From NCBI GenBank assembly GCA_964106645.2, contig OZ067050.1: a stretch of 64,000 nt of DNA; one strand, 5' to 3'. Source of the DNA: Podarcis pityusensis. Its lineage: Eukaryota. Made by a program: the position numbers and the translations under genes. Position 1 is the stretch's first letter, and each line of letters starts with the position of its first letter. This document shows positions 50,976 to 64,000 of the stretch, one piece after another. Under the pieces are notes generated by a model. It searched no databases. It worked only from the letters and a program-made list of their open reading frames with translations, and was not told the origin of the DNA.

Positions 50976-53378
50976 TAAGCCGCTTTTGAGCATGATTTTT
51001 TGTGTATGGAAAAGTGGCATACAAATAAAATGAATGAATGAAAGTGCATAGGTGTGCTGTATGTGTGTTTCTGTATCAAGGGCTTCTAAGAGTTTGGGTA
51101 TATTTCTCAAATGTGGCCATGAAACGTATAGAGTGATCGCCCAAATGTCAGTGGCCTCTAGCAGTAGTTAGTGCTTAAAGGAGTGACCTGTGAGCACCTG
51201 GTTTACATCATACAGTCAAAAAAACTGGGCCTCTTCTACATGTGCGTGCATCGCTTGATTCCTATAAACACAGGGCTAGTTCATAACTTCAGGTTAAAAT
51301 AAAGTGATCTGTGAATTAATATGATAGTGACTTACAGCTTCCTTTGTAGTTTACATGTAACCTTCAGCGAGTATTTAATTGATACTGTTTTAGGAGCAAT
51401 AAATATAGTTTTTGCAATGACCATGCTGGCTGAAACAGTAACTAAAACAAATAAATGAAAACAGTAATAGAGATGCCTGCGTGAATGAGCTACCACAGAG
51501 CGGACACTGCCAGTAGAATTGTTCGTTAGCCTGATGTCATCTCAGGGACTCAAGTGCTTTTTGGTTTAATTAAACCAAATATTCAGTGGCCAGTCACAGT
51601 AGAGAAATTAAGTAATGTATGTCTTACATGTAAACATCGATACAGATGCACATGAAGCCTGGCAGCTATGTGTGAATTGACTCATTTGAAATGCATTTCT
51701 GGTGTCACCTGGGCAAATGAAATTTTGTCTGTAAATGTCCATTCACACATGGATATTATCATTTGAACTGGCATAAAGTGATAGTCAAGGGAAACTTGGG
51801 CCTTTTCAGACAGCTTCTGGATATGTAGCTTGTTAACAGTGGGATGTGCAGGTACAAATTATTACTTATTTATTTCTACCCCGCCCATCTGGCTGTGTTT
51901 CACCTTTGTTTTTGTGACAGTAGAAAAGTTATATAAAGTCAAGTTATATAAAGTCAGTAAATTTTTATTTCGTAACACCTTTGGGACTCTTCTGTCAATT
52001 ATTATGGAAATATCCTCTCCCCCACTGTTAAACAGATTGCTGTTGAAATTATTATAAATACTGGCACAGGGCTTGCATTGGGATGAACTCAGATCTCATG
52101 ATATTCCATGTCCTAAAAAGAGAAAAGTTCGTGTTTTCTTTTGAACCCTTGATCTTATCACTTTTAGCAAGTAAAGATAAAATTATACTTTGAACTAGCA
52201 ACCTGGTGTTGCCAATTTAAAAAGTTCATCGAAATAAAAATAATTTTAGTACTGTATTCAGAAATGTATGCCTATGTTTCCTTGCAAAACATGAACTGTT
52301 TAACTTAATTTTAGTTCCAGGATGGCTTTGATCAAGAGGCTTTCCCCTTTATCTTCTGAGTGATCAAATTTGTTTGACTGCTAAAGAGAAATTAAGGGTA
52401 AGGATTTATTTATTTCTCTTGTGTCCTTGTCTTTCATGTTCATTTAATGTTTCATTTAGAAAAGCTGTGAATATTCAAAAGTACTGAAGTGCTAGTAAAC
52501 CTGGGAAGGGGAGACCTGTGGCCCTACGGATGTTGCTGAACTATAACTCCCCTCATCCCTGGTCACTGGCCATGCTGGCTGGGGCTGATGCAAATGGTGG
52601 TTCAGCAACATCTGGAGAGCCACAGGTTCCCCATCCCTTTTGTACATGCACTATGACTGAATTTTGGAAAGTGACTGCCTAACCTCTGCATGAAATGTTC
52701 CATATTTACTGGGCTGGCCATTTTCTTGTGAACTGCTTTGCATTCCCTGACAAGAGGTACCTTTGCATAGTTGAGATGGAAGTGAAAGTAATAGGCTGGA
52801 CTGGCCAAACGCAGGCAGGGGAGCATGTATGCTTTCACCCGAGAGAAAGCCCTCTGAATGACCTTTGCTCCCAGGAACACCAGTGAGTAAAAGCACAAGG
52901 CCAGTTAGGTGTTTCCTTTGTACTATCAGTACCAAGGAAACAATTCCCTTTCTCTTATCCATGCCTGTTACCATGATTATTCCCACAGGAATGTGTAAGG
53001 AATATGTCTATATGGACGGGCTATGAGTGAAAATGTGAAGGGAAATCAGCAGGAGAAGCAGAAACTAGGGCAAAGTTGGGGGCAGGAAAGTAGTAGTAGG
53101 TGAGGAGCAAGTAAAGGGTCAAATGATGCAGCGGAAAGAAGGAAGAGGGCAAAGAGAAAGGAAGGTGGACAGAGCCAACGCACAGGAGGGAATCTGAGAC
53201 TGGCTCACCTTCATGGCCACATCCCCACCCCTTGGTGGGCGTTGAACTATTCCACCCCTTCCCTTGAGAGTTGTATTGGTACTGTGTCAATTTAAATGCA
53301 TCTGTTGAGAATGAATTTTACAGTCAGGTATTAAAACAACCTAAATGTTTTGTTTCCTCTAATTTTAAAGGTCTGTCC

Positions 53379-55588
53379 ATGAATAATTTAAATGACCCTC
53401 CTAACTGGAACATCCAGCCTAATGCAAGGGATGATGAAGGCCATGGAAGCAAATGGAATTATGCTTTGTTGGTTCCCATGTTGGGGCTGGCTGCCTTCCG
53501 TAAGTGACACTTGAAATAAAATTAGACTTTCTCCTTTTTGCAGTTTGTTGGATGAGTTATCTTGACAGGAATTGGTACAAACTGGACTAGGTGATTTAAT
53601 GTAGCAAGTTTTTAGAAACCTTACATTTTTATGCTGTGAACCGTCCTGAGATCTATGGTTGAAAGACAGTATACAAATTGAATAAATTGTAAAAATAATG
53701 TTTTTTAAAAAACTGCAGTGGGCTTCACCTAATGTGGGATAAAGTCAATCAAAGCCAACATAAACTTAGGAAAAGAAATATGTGTTACTTTTTAAAATAA
53801 AGAGTAAGAGTGATGGCCATACATAGGAAATGTGCAAACCTGGCGTTAGATGTGTTTATTATGGGTAAATAATTTTCTCCTTAAAAGTGTCGTTTTCAAG
53901 TTCTTAATGTAATATTTCCTCTGGTCCAGAAGTATAAAGTGCATATAAAAAGTCAAATCACTATAATTGTTTGTTTGTGTTGTTTTTTTTGGGGGGGGGC
54001 GTTGGTGAGGCTCCAGGAGAGATATATTAAAGTAATGGCTAGAATCCAAAGAATGCTTTGACTAATTCCAGATAAGCAGGGAGTTTGGGCTTTGTGCTTT
54101 TTGCCACTTAAAAAAAAAAAGGTAAAGGACCCCAAGACGGTTAAGTCCAATCAAAGGCGGCTATGGGGTGCGACACTCATCTCACTTTCAGGCGAAGGGA
54201 GCAGGCGTTTGTCTACAGACAGCTTTATGGGTCATGTGGCCAGCAGGACTAAACCGCTTCTGGCCCAAGGGAACACCCTGACGAGTGCCAGAGCTCACAG
54301 ACACACTGTTTAACTTCCCGCCGCAGCAATACCGCTACTAGCTGCTCTTCATATCACATAACAAGACTTTTGAAATTGAGGTGACTTTCAAACACAACAT
54401 GTGCTTTCAGAAGTAATGGGGGTTCCTTTAAATAAATAAGGAAGCCTAGGGTGGCTGTTGGAATGTCATCATAGTATTTATGTCTGCATCTCTATTTCAG
54501 AAAATAATAATACTGTAGTCAAGGGTCTCTTGCTTGCTTTCTCTTTGTTTGCCATGTTGGCAACTTATTTTTAACTGGGGTCATATTCTAAATCTAGCAA
54601 GTGCCAAAACTTTCACCCCACCCATAGGCTCAACCCCCTGCACGTTTATGATGATTTATTAAATTTCTTAGTTGCTTTATCTTGCCCAAGGCAACCCAAA
54701 GCGACTTAAAAACAAAGCCACTTAGATACATTAAAACCACGGAGGGGGAAATGCGTTAAAAACATCCCTGTACTCCCCAGTGGGACTTTGTCAGATCTAG
54801 GCATAATTTAACAGATAGGTATTTTCATTAATGTTGGGGCTATTTTTGGAAGTATTATTAGATATTTTTGTTGCAAAATTTCAGTATTAATCATGAGGTA
54901 TTAATCATGCATTGCAGGTTGGATCTGGTCCAGGGAGTCTCAGAAAGAGATAGAAAGAGAGAGAAAAGATACCTATAGAAAGCTCTCATTAGTACAGAGA
55001 GAACTTGAATCTAAATATCGTGACATAATCACAGAAAACCGCCGCACAGTTGCCCATTTGGAACTGGAACTGGAAAAGGAACGGAACAGGACAGTAAGTT
55101 ACCGTGAAGCCCTTGTCTCTCAGAGCCGTAAACTGGTAGAAGAAAGAAGAACTCTGGAACAAGAACGTACAAAATTAGAACAAGAGAAGCAGATTCTGCA
55201 GCACTCTGGAGCTGCCGGTGCTTTGTATCAGAATTGCCTGGAGAAGGAAGAGCAGTGGCAAAAGAGAGCAACTGCTTTACTAAAAGATTTTGAAGATGCT
55301 CTTACGGAAAGGCAGGACATCTACTGTAGCCTTGTGCTACCAAGACACCGGCGACTGGAAGTGGAGAAGAATTTGCTTATTAGAGCAGCAACTGATCCAG
55401 TTGCTGTGGACCTGGACCTGGAAACTGGCTTAAAAGATATTTTCAGGCATGATACCTATTGCAGTAATTTGCTTAACACCAATAAACGTCAGAATGGAAG
55501 GCTAATGTGGCTCTACCTTCGATACTGGGAATTATCTGCTGAGCTCAAAAAGTTCAAGAGGGTAGAGAAGGTCATGTTGGGAAAGTAG
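53379..55588 (+). CDS. CCDC127: Coiled-coil domain-containing protein 127 (mitochondrial, single N-terminal TM segment), 263 aa, 2 coding exons
   Basis: Coding exons 53379-53499 (acceptor AG at 53369-53370, donor GTAAGT at 53500) and 54918-55588. Total 792 nt. MNNLNDPPNWNIQPN...SKWNYALLVPMLGLAAFRWIWSRESQKEIE...NGRLMWLYLRYWEL. Head-to-head with SDHA, as in human. The non-coding first exon was not located. Confidence 0.93.
54119..54333 (-). mobile_element. 5'-truncated Sauria SINE in CCDC127 intron
   Basis: AAGGTAAAGGACCCC...GGGTCATGTGGCCAGCAGGACTAAACCGCTTCTGG is the reverse complement of the 3' half of the other copies. Confidence 0.75.
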
Positions 55589-56788
55589 TGGCTAAAAATT
55601 ACCGAGTATCAATACAATACACGTGTCAGATATGGCCGATTTCCTCTGGGATCTCAGCTTCACCACTATATATGTATTGGTCATTTAACAGACTATCTTA
55701 AGCACTTAATGTCTTTATTTGACTCACCAAGGTGAATGGTGATTGTGTGGTACTATAATGCTCAGGTTAATTTCTCTGGTGGGTTTTGTTAACTGCAGCC
55801 CTCTGCATGTTTACTCAGAAATAAATTTCACTGTTTCAGTGGGGCTTATTCCCAGACAAGTGTGCTTTAGGGTTGCAGCTTAGATCAGGCAACTGGGCTT
55901 AAAGGACAATTACTTCAGCTTCTGCCACTTGCATGACAACACCTTTTCTGTAATAAATCTTACTATGCTACTTGGAGGCAACTATTCTTAATTAGTGTTT
56001 TTGCTGTTTTCAGTCTGAGAGTCTACTATTTATGGCTGAGAAAGCACCTCTCTATAAATTGTTGGAAGTGTGTGATCAAGTTCTCAAGTTAGTCACCTTT
56101 GTGATCTGAACTAAGCTACATGTAACACTGTAAACCCTGTGATCCTTGGATGAAAGGTGGTATATAAATTTAATAAAGAATAATAATAATGCTTAATGTC
56201 ATTAAGTGACCTTTTATTAATAGTTGGTTTGTGCAGCATGAGATCAGAGTTTATTAGCAAGGCCTCCACCGAACGGATTTTCAAGGCCTATGGATCATGT
56301 GAAACAGTAGTCAGAAAGAGGATTCCCCAGAGCAAGTGCAGAGTGCCTTTTGATTACCAGTGAATGACCACAGTCAGCCCCCACCCATCTGCGATGAAAA
56401 GGGAGGAATTTCCAGGCTGGGAGGTGCCTTTCTCTCAGCCTAAAACTCTGGAGTCTCTGTTTTTAGAATAAAGCAGTGTGTGTCTGTGCTCTGTTTAACT
56501 TTGAAGTGAACTTTATTGCGACTACTTGCTTCATGTCTTTTAAGGTTGCTTTGTAAATATGTACTTCTCTGCTCACCTATCAAAAATCAGAATCTTCTCC
56601 TAATGACCAAGCAGAAGAGCTTTTATAAACTGGCAATACCTATTGGCACGTCACAACTAGCATAGGCAAGATAGCAGCATTTGTGGACTTACTTGCAAGG
56701 CAAATTTAAGGTGTTTTACATTAAAGGCAAAATAACCACTCATTTGTCATTTCATTTTGGTAGATATTTGCCCTACCTTCTACTACTA

Positions 56789-57027
56789 CAGTGGTACCTC
56801 CGGTTACGAACTTAATCCATTCCGGAGGTCCGTTTGTAACCCCAAACCGCTCATAACATGAGGCACACTTTAGCGAATGGCGCCTTCCTCTGCCGCACTG
56901 CTAGTGCGTGACTTTCGCTCACATCCCGGGGCAAAGTTTGCAACAAGGGGCATCTACTTCCAGGTTAGCGGAGCTCGTAACCTGCAATGTTCGCAAGGAG
57001 GATGGTACGTAACACAAAGTTCCACTG
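56789..57027. mobile_element. MITE, subtype A, downstream of the CCDC127 stop
   Basis: TA|CAGTGGTACCTCCGGTTACGAACTTAAT...TCCACTG|TA; closest to the 9056 copy. Confidence 0.8.
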
Positions 57028-57469
57028 TACTGGTAGTTGTGTCATTTGATGGTATCGGTTTCACTTTCAGCAGATAACATGAATTTCTAAAAAACTAGTA
57101 CAGTATATTGCAGATACCAGTAAAGGCTAATACTTATTTTAGTATAAATATCCAGCCTCTTTCTCTGAGTTTCAGTAGTGCCCAGGAGCAATGACAGCAG
57201 CACTAGAAAAGAGTGTCTAGATTAGATTTGAAGAAGGCTGTTGGTACTTCCATTGTTTCAAATGCCATTCTAGAGGAAAACATTGCTATTTTTAACTGGC
57301 TTTCTGCTTGAAGCTTATTTATTATCTGATACTTAGCTGTAATACTATATTGGTGCATTTGTCTCTGTTTACACACACATGCTATTAGGCACTGTCTTCA
57401 GCAAAAGAGCCAGTTGTGTCTAATGCAGGAAATGAACCCAGAGAACCAATAAAGTCTTCATATAGTTTT

Positions 57470-57963
57470 CTTCCCGGTCAACTGTGATCGACAAGTCGAT
57501 CCCCGGGTGATTGTGGGGTCATTTTCCAACGTGGTGGAAAAAGAGCATCCACACGCGCGCCGCCCTGACCTTGCATGAGTTGGTTGTTGCTGGGCCACCG
57601 GTGCCCTGCTATGCTGGCTTTTTGGAAGCCCCTGCCAGCAGGCTGCAGCAAGTTGGCTCCGGCAGGAGGCTTTGCAGATCCCCGGCCATGCCGGTCTACC
57701 CATGCGATCAGGCATTGTTAGACTGTTCCTTAGCACCTGTCCTCCCTTCAATGGCCCTAGCGGAGGTGATCAGGGAGCGGGAGCATCGCCCGTGACAAAG
57801 GCCCGCCTAAGCGCTGTGTCGGAGGTGAGCGGCAGTGCGTCTATTGTTTTGTGAGCGATTTATGGTGTGCTATAACTTTGGATTCCCCCCCCCCCATGGG
57901 CAAAAACTGTTAGTTTTTTCTTCCAGGAGTAGATCGCAGTCTCTTGGGAGCTGGACGTCCCTG
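57470..57963. mobile_element. Probable non-autonomous hAT element, CpG-rich
   Basis: Right end GAGTAGATCGCAGTCTCTTGGGAGCTGGACGTCCCTG resembles hAT termini (CAGGG...); GATCG-type motifs near the left end. Left TIR not resolved. Confidence 0.45.
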
Positions 57964-58911
57964 TATTACAATATACTGCCTTGAAGTGTGGTAGAGCGGC
58001 TGGAAGGGTTTGTAGATCTGTGTAAGATAGGGGCGAGGGGGCAGAAAGAGGCAGAACCTGCATTTCATGCCAGGTATAACTATTTCTCGTGAATATCTTT
58101 ATTTCTGGTTTGGTGGTATAACATTTTTTATGGCCAGTATACCCTTTGAACATTATTTAGAATCTCCCCCTTCCCTCTGAAATCTCCTTCCACAAATTGC
58201 AGCTCTGCCACCACTTTTCCACCTCCTCTGGTTTCAGGTCTCCTTCTCTTCTGAATGAAGCTCATTCAGCTTGAACTGAATGCATGTGCCCTACCACATC
58301 TCTTTATCCAGAAATCCTCTTCAAAATCCCACTCTTGCTTGGTTGGCAGCTATCCCATGTTTGCAAGACGAGTTTGTTGCTTTCTCTAGGCAAAAGCAAG
58401 GACCCTTGGCTGCCCAGCTCTGAAAGCCTAGACAACTCTGTCAAGAGTCAAATTCACTCAGCATCTAAGTTCTCTTCTTAACCTCACAAGCTGAATCTGA
58501 AGGAGGGGAGGGGACTTTTCTGCAGGGCTGCCCATCTGCTGCACGATGGGTTCCCACTGCTGAACTCCCTTAGTCTTTAAGCTTCCTTAACCACAAGGGA
58601 CTATGGTTGCTCACATTCTTCCCTTTTTCGTGTTTCTTGCCCCTCTCTGTTTTCTTGTTTTTCCTCACAGGTAGGAGATATATAAGCTCTTTACGGCAAA
58701 AGCTTGTGCTACCCTGTGAAAATCCATATAAATTGTTGATACTGTAGAAAAACAGCTACATAACAAGGGAAACTAGTTGGCCACTGCGAGAACAAGATGC
58801 CTTTGGCCTGATTCAGCAGGGCTTTTCCTGTGTTCTTAAAACAAGCCTTACAGAATAGAATTATATCATTTGTCCATAGTTTCCCAAGGCAAATTACACA
58901 GTTTTTGATTA

Positions 58912-59344
58912 CTGTATTGGCCCGAATATAAGCTGCACCTTTAAAATTCAAGGGAGGGGTAGGAAGAAAAAAAGACAATACCTGAATAAATCCATCCCTA
59001 AGTCGATCCTGGGAAAGGTAGTTTCTCCCAAGGGGCGTTTCAATAGTTTCCCTGTGGGCTTCTTGGGTGCGGCACTAGAGGGAGGTGCTAAGAGGCCTCT
59101 TTCTCTTCCCTGCTCCTGTTTCCCACCAAATTAAGAGTGGCAGCAGCAGCAGCAGCCAGGCATGTGGGGCAGGAAAAGGGTTTGGAGGGTGGGTGAGTGG
59201 ATGGTCCATGCTCCTGGGCTGCTTCTGGGGGGGGGGGGGCCGCGCCGCTTTGCCGGCGGCATTAGGGCACAAATAAGCCACGCTTTTAACTTTTCACTGT
59301 CAGAATTTGGGGGGAAAGTGCAGGTTATATTTGAGCCAATACAC
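58912..59344. mobile_element. TA-flanked non-autonomous DNA transposon (second TIR type)
   Basis: TA|CTGTATTGGCCCGAATATAAGCTGCAC ... GTGCAGGTTATATTTGAGCCAATACAC|TA imperfect TIRs. Confidence 0.7.
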
Positions 59345-59769
59345 TATATCGCCTCTAAAACAGTATGGTCTCAAATGAAAAACATATACAGTAGTGCAAT
59401 CTGATGCGTGTCTTCACAGAAGTACACACTTAAGCTGGGAGTGAACTCACTGAGTCTTACTCCCAGGAAAATCTGTATGGGACTGCATTCTTCTGTTAAC
59501 TTCCATTGCATGTGTATCTGAAATCATCAGGAAGATCCAAAGGCTTCTAAAATTCCGGCAGCTTCCTGCTACCTTGGATACTGCATTACCTCACAATGTA
59601 CAGCACGTGTCTCAATATAGCTTGAGACATAAAACCAGAGCCAGGGAGCTAAATTCTCCCAGCTGGGAGATTATCTTAATGTGGGCTGGTCAATTACTGT
59701 GGTATTTCATTGTGTCTAGTATACAAGATATGGTTTGGTAAAATTATTTGAAGTTATATATGAGCTGTA

Positions 59770-60011
59770 CAGTGGTACCTCGGGTTACGTACTTAATTTG
59801 TTCCGGAGGTCCGTTCTTAACCTGAAACTGTTCTTAACCTGAAGCACCACTTTAGCTAATGGGGCCTCCTGCTGCTGCCGCGCCGCTGGAGCATGATTTC
59901 TGTTCTCATCCTGAAGCACAGTTCTTAACCTGAAGCACTATTTCTGGGTTAGTGGAGTCTGTAACCTGAAGCGTATGTAACCTGAAGCGTATGTAACCTG
60001 AGGTACCACTG
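59770..60011. mobile_element. MITE, subtype B, full length
   Basis: TA|CAGTGGTACCTCGGGTTAC...GTAACCTGAGGTACCACTG|TA, with an internal tandem duplication of TGTAACCTGAAGCGTA. Confidence 0.88.
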
Positions 60012-63000
60012 TATTAGAATCAATAATGAGTTGATAGTATTTCTAATGCCAGCAGATGGCACTGTGGTGTAGTCTTCTACGAACAGAAAAGCAATAAAGT
60101 ATATTGCATAATCATTATTTCTGTGCAACTAAAACTGCTTGTGGTATGGTTTGCAAATACTGACTTCCAAATAAGCAGCAGTACAAAAAGGAAACAAAAC
60201 ATAAGCTACTCAGTTGTATCTTTCATTTCCAACTACTAGTCCAGAGAGGCTGTGGAAATCCTTTAGAAAGCGCCCGGAGGCAGTTTTGGGATGGATGAGG
60301 GCAATCAAGCTATGGCTTAAGCTAGATAACTGCTGTGGGCACAGAAATCTGTTCTGGATGGAGGTGGGCAGCCACTGTTGGAGAGGTCCCATGAAGTACC
60401 AAAAAGGTCACCAACCCTTTTTGCACCAATGGGCACATTTTGAAAAGAGGGTGGTGTGGGTTCCAGTCACAAAACGGCTGCCATAGTGTGGGCATGACAA
60501 CACAAAATGGCTGCCATGTGGAGGTGGGCACACCATAAGATCAGGGACTACCTGATTTCAGATGAACCCACCACAGCAAAGATGTATCCTGGTCACCAGG
60601 AAAAAAGGAAGGGCGGCAGGATGCTGTTGGAACAGTCCTTATCCACACAATTTATGAGAGCCTCTGTAAAATATAAAATCATGATGTGTTGTATCACATG
60701 TCTCAGGCCAAGTGTTAGTTGAGTAAATCAGTTATCCATGATTGAGGTCAAAAAGATAAACCATCAAAATATGGTCTTACTGAAATAGTCTCAGTAGGTA
60801 TACATTAAAGCTCTTTAGAGAATAAGTCTTCTCTCCATTTCGTGAGACTTGAGAAATGCTTTATCAAGGTTGACAGGCAAAGTTTGGCCAAATAGTCTAC
60901 TGGGCATCAGCAGAATGCTTGATCTACAAGTCAAGGTGACTACAAATTATCCTTGTTCAACTCCGAAATCCTTGGCTTGCGGTATACTTATTACATGTTG
61001 AAGAATAAGGCTACCCTCTCTCAGTAACATGTATAAGTCAATGCCTGCATGCCTAATTAGATTATGATGGGAAACTGTTGCACTTGCCTTGCATTAAACA
61101 GCACAAGTGCCTTCAACCCCCAAACATCCCAGGATGGTGGCAAGGACAGGCACCACTTCCTGCCTTTTAGGACTTACTGTGTACAAACGAGTCATCTTTC
61201 CCTTGCGGCATCTTTCTAAGCATCAGAGCTGTGGCTCTCATTTCCGCTCTGCTCCAAGTTCTTGACTTGTGCTTCCTTCTTGATGTTCTGCAAGGATTAT
61301 CTTTGTATCTTTGGTTTAATTATTGTGCAAGTTTCCTTTTACTGCAGTTCCTCTGAGTCCTTTTAGCTTCATCCACCAAGCACAGGGCGTTCCTTCTCCC
61401 TCCTTCCCTCCTGACCATGTTTTTGTTTAGAGTGTGAGGCAGTTGTCAGGGTCTTGGTATATTTTTATGCATGTTCTGGACCTTGTCTATTTTAGTATAT
61501 CTTATTGAACAATAACTGACAGCTCTCTGAAAGAAACAGGAATCTGGCAGAAGAAAGGGCCCGGCCCTATATATTGTTGAAAGTAAACAGGCTCCAAAGT
61601 TCTTAGGGAGTTCAGGGTTCGCTCTCCCTGTCTCTCTTTTGCTCCTTTGTACTTTTCACTGAGAGGGTTCTGTCCCAAATTTTGCCAAGGGACTGGGCTC
61701 TCTGGGCACCAGAGGAGACAGGTACTTGACACTCATCAATGATTTTGTAACCACATCCTAAGTTATTAGCCACTGAAGCCAACTAAGGACAAATTCTCAA
61801 TGTGGAACTTCTTTCTTTTACTTTTACACACGTTGCCTTCTGCTGTGCTGCTCTAAGAGAGGCTTTTGGTGCACTCAAAACAAGCCCTTTGTTGACCTAG
61901 GTCTTGGGGAAAACGGAAGCAGAGAGGGAGTTTAATGTGGAAGGATTCTGTAGAGAAAGGGGTTAACAGAGAGAAGACCTTGGAGCTTAATCTGGGCTCT
62001 CATAACCATAGAGCCAGTCCTAAAAAAAGATAGCAATTCTTTTTTTTGTCCTGTCCAGAGCCTTCTGGATGCCTAATCTTCAAGCGTGTATATGTGTACT
62101 GCCATGCATTTGACATATATATGACTTTCAGAAATCTAACTGATTAATTAGTACAGTGGTGCTTTTCCATGCCAGGATAAGCTTGTACCAGTTACCCTAC
62201 CAGAAGAAAAATGACAACCCAACCATCACTTCTTGTCATATAAGATGTGGTTCTTTTACCAATGAATCAGATACTGGTTGGCATGTGATAATCAGAAAGA
62301 CATTTTTATGGTGATTTAAAGCACAAATCTAATCCTACAACAGGGAGTTCTCAGGTGATATTTATTATTTGTAAGCATATGGTTGTCAAAAGCATAATGA
62401 AATCAAGCATTTCATGGAAATAAATACTATTAAAAGTTCCTGTATATGTTTTGAATGTTCCAAAGTCTATGAGCCGTAATGCCAAGCTTAGAGTCATCAT
62501 ACAGATATAACTCCATTCAAAATCACTTAACTCCATTCTTATCTTCACTGCAGACTGTATCTTCAGTATTTGCCAGTTCATTCAAATATAACACATTTTC
62601 AGTCTCAAAACATCCTCATTCATCCAGCTCCATCAGTAAAAACAGCAATTCCCATTTCAGATATACACAATTCACCAGTTGCCCTCATGTAGATTTCTCT
62701 GCAATGTTAAGGAGCTTGTTTGATCCCTGGTCTTTCAGCTTTTACCTCATGAGATAGTAGCTGAGGTTCCTTACCCACAGGCCCTGCCTCCCTCCCTCCC
62801 TCATTTTTAACATCTACCTTCAAATAAAAAATGCTTTCAAATAGCCATTTATCATGGTTAAAGTTATTCACAGCCATGCATTATTCAGATAAAATAAAAT
62901 GGGATTTATTTGGAACAAAATAAAACAAAACAAAACAAAATGGGATTTATTTGGGAGCAAATTATATTTTTAGCTAAAACACTTCAGCACTTTGATGAGT

Positions 63001-64000
63001 AAGGGGTATATAACTCCTGTTAAATAAATATATTTAAAGGTGCTATTGAGTTCCATGTGGCTTAATCATGGAAATGTGTAGAGGATTGATGCTTGAATCA
63101 GCATGCTGGCTCACATTACGCTTCAGACCTACCACCCATTGTTGCAAAAACTCACAATTTTTTGTTGTACTCTAACCCTGGTGGTTGTAAAGCATATAAT
63201 GCAATAGAAGGGAACAAAATAAAATAACAATCATCTAAAAATGCTAAATATATCTAAAGACTGAGGAATCATCATATTTTTGCTTGGTTTATTTGACAGC
63301 CCAGATACCAGACAATCCCTAGTGTAAACTAGAGAAGTTGCAAATCTGCTGTTATTTATACTGTTGGCCACTGTAATGGATCTCTTGTAACAGTCCCCTT
63401 TCATCGGCTGCACCCTTAAGTCTATGTTTGGCCTGTATACTGGGGCATCTCCTTAGGACTGCTTTAACCTTTGCATCTCATTTTCTTGTAAATACCCTAG
63501 GCTCCACTGCCTAATTTTTTGTATATCACAGAATCTTTCTGTTTCTAAGCCATCATCCCATGCTGTGTTGATAATGTCATCATCCCACTATGCTTTCTGT
63601 TCATATTTCAGTGCTCTTTCAGCTTGGATAACGATCAGTTCTGTATTTTTTTTGGTAGGAAACCCTTCGGGGATAATGCACACAGTGCTGTGTTTTCTCT
63701 GATAGGCTTTCCAAAAGCACCCAGAGATGTGAAGAGTGTCGAAGGAACCAGCAGGTGCAGAGCACCAGCCAAACCTTTTCCTCGAATGCATCAGCCAGTT
63801 TAGAATGTTGGCAAAGCACAGACCTGGATTGCCATGGGAACCACTTTAGTCACGAGATGCAAACTTCCTCCTAGCCCTAACATTTGGATCCCCATTTTAT
63901 TTCAGGATCTAAGCATAACACTAATGCTTATTTGTCTGATCTAGCAAAGGAGGGGCAAACATGAGCACAGCCTTCAACACATGGAACAAATCTGTATCAT

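Noticed and set aside
57458-57860. CpG-rich patch with ORFs downstream of CCDC127, resembling an exon or promoter
   Set aside because: Better explained as the interior of a hAT-like element. No protein similarity recognised.
60000-64000. Search for LRRC14B or another gene tail-to-tail with CCDC127; purine-rich minus-strand stretches near 61170-61400 and 62400-62780
   Set aside because: Frames are interrupted by stops and show no recognisable protein. A lncRNA or UTR cannot be excluded.

Overview
Vertebrate genomic DNA, most likely a squamate (lacertid-like lizard, inferred from Sauria-SINE and Squam3-like SINE content). Four intact multi-exon genes were reconstructed by hand, all with GT-AG introns and consistent phases. 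On the minus strand: CHMP5 (8 exons, 219 aa), FH/fumarase (10 exons, 504 aa) and SDHA (15 exons, 662 aa). On the plus strand: CCDC127 (2 coding exons, 263 aa), head-to-head with SDHA. The most notable arrangement is that SDHA and FH, consecutive TCA-cycle enzymes that are unlinked in human, lie co-oriented about 6 kb apart, and their exon phases would allow an in-frame SDHA-FH read-through fusion. A damaged tRNA-Glu(CTC) fused to a Sauria SINE sits between them in the FH promoter. The rest is intronic or intergenic DNA with SINEs, L1/L2/CR1 fragments, TA-flanked and hAT MITEs, a solo LTR, a foldback-like element and microsatellites. Most ORF-track entries are spurious or exon fragments. Comparisons with human sequences are from memory and need confirmation.
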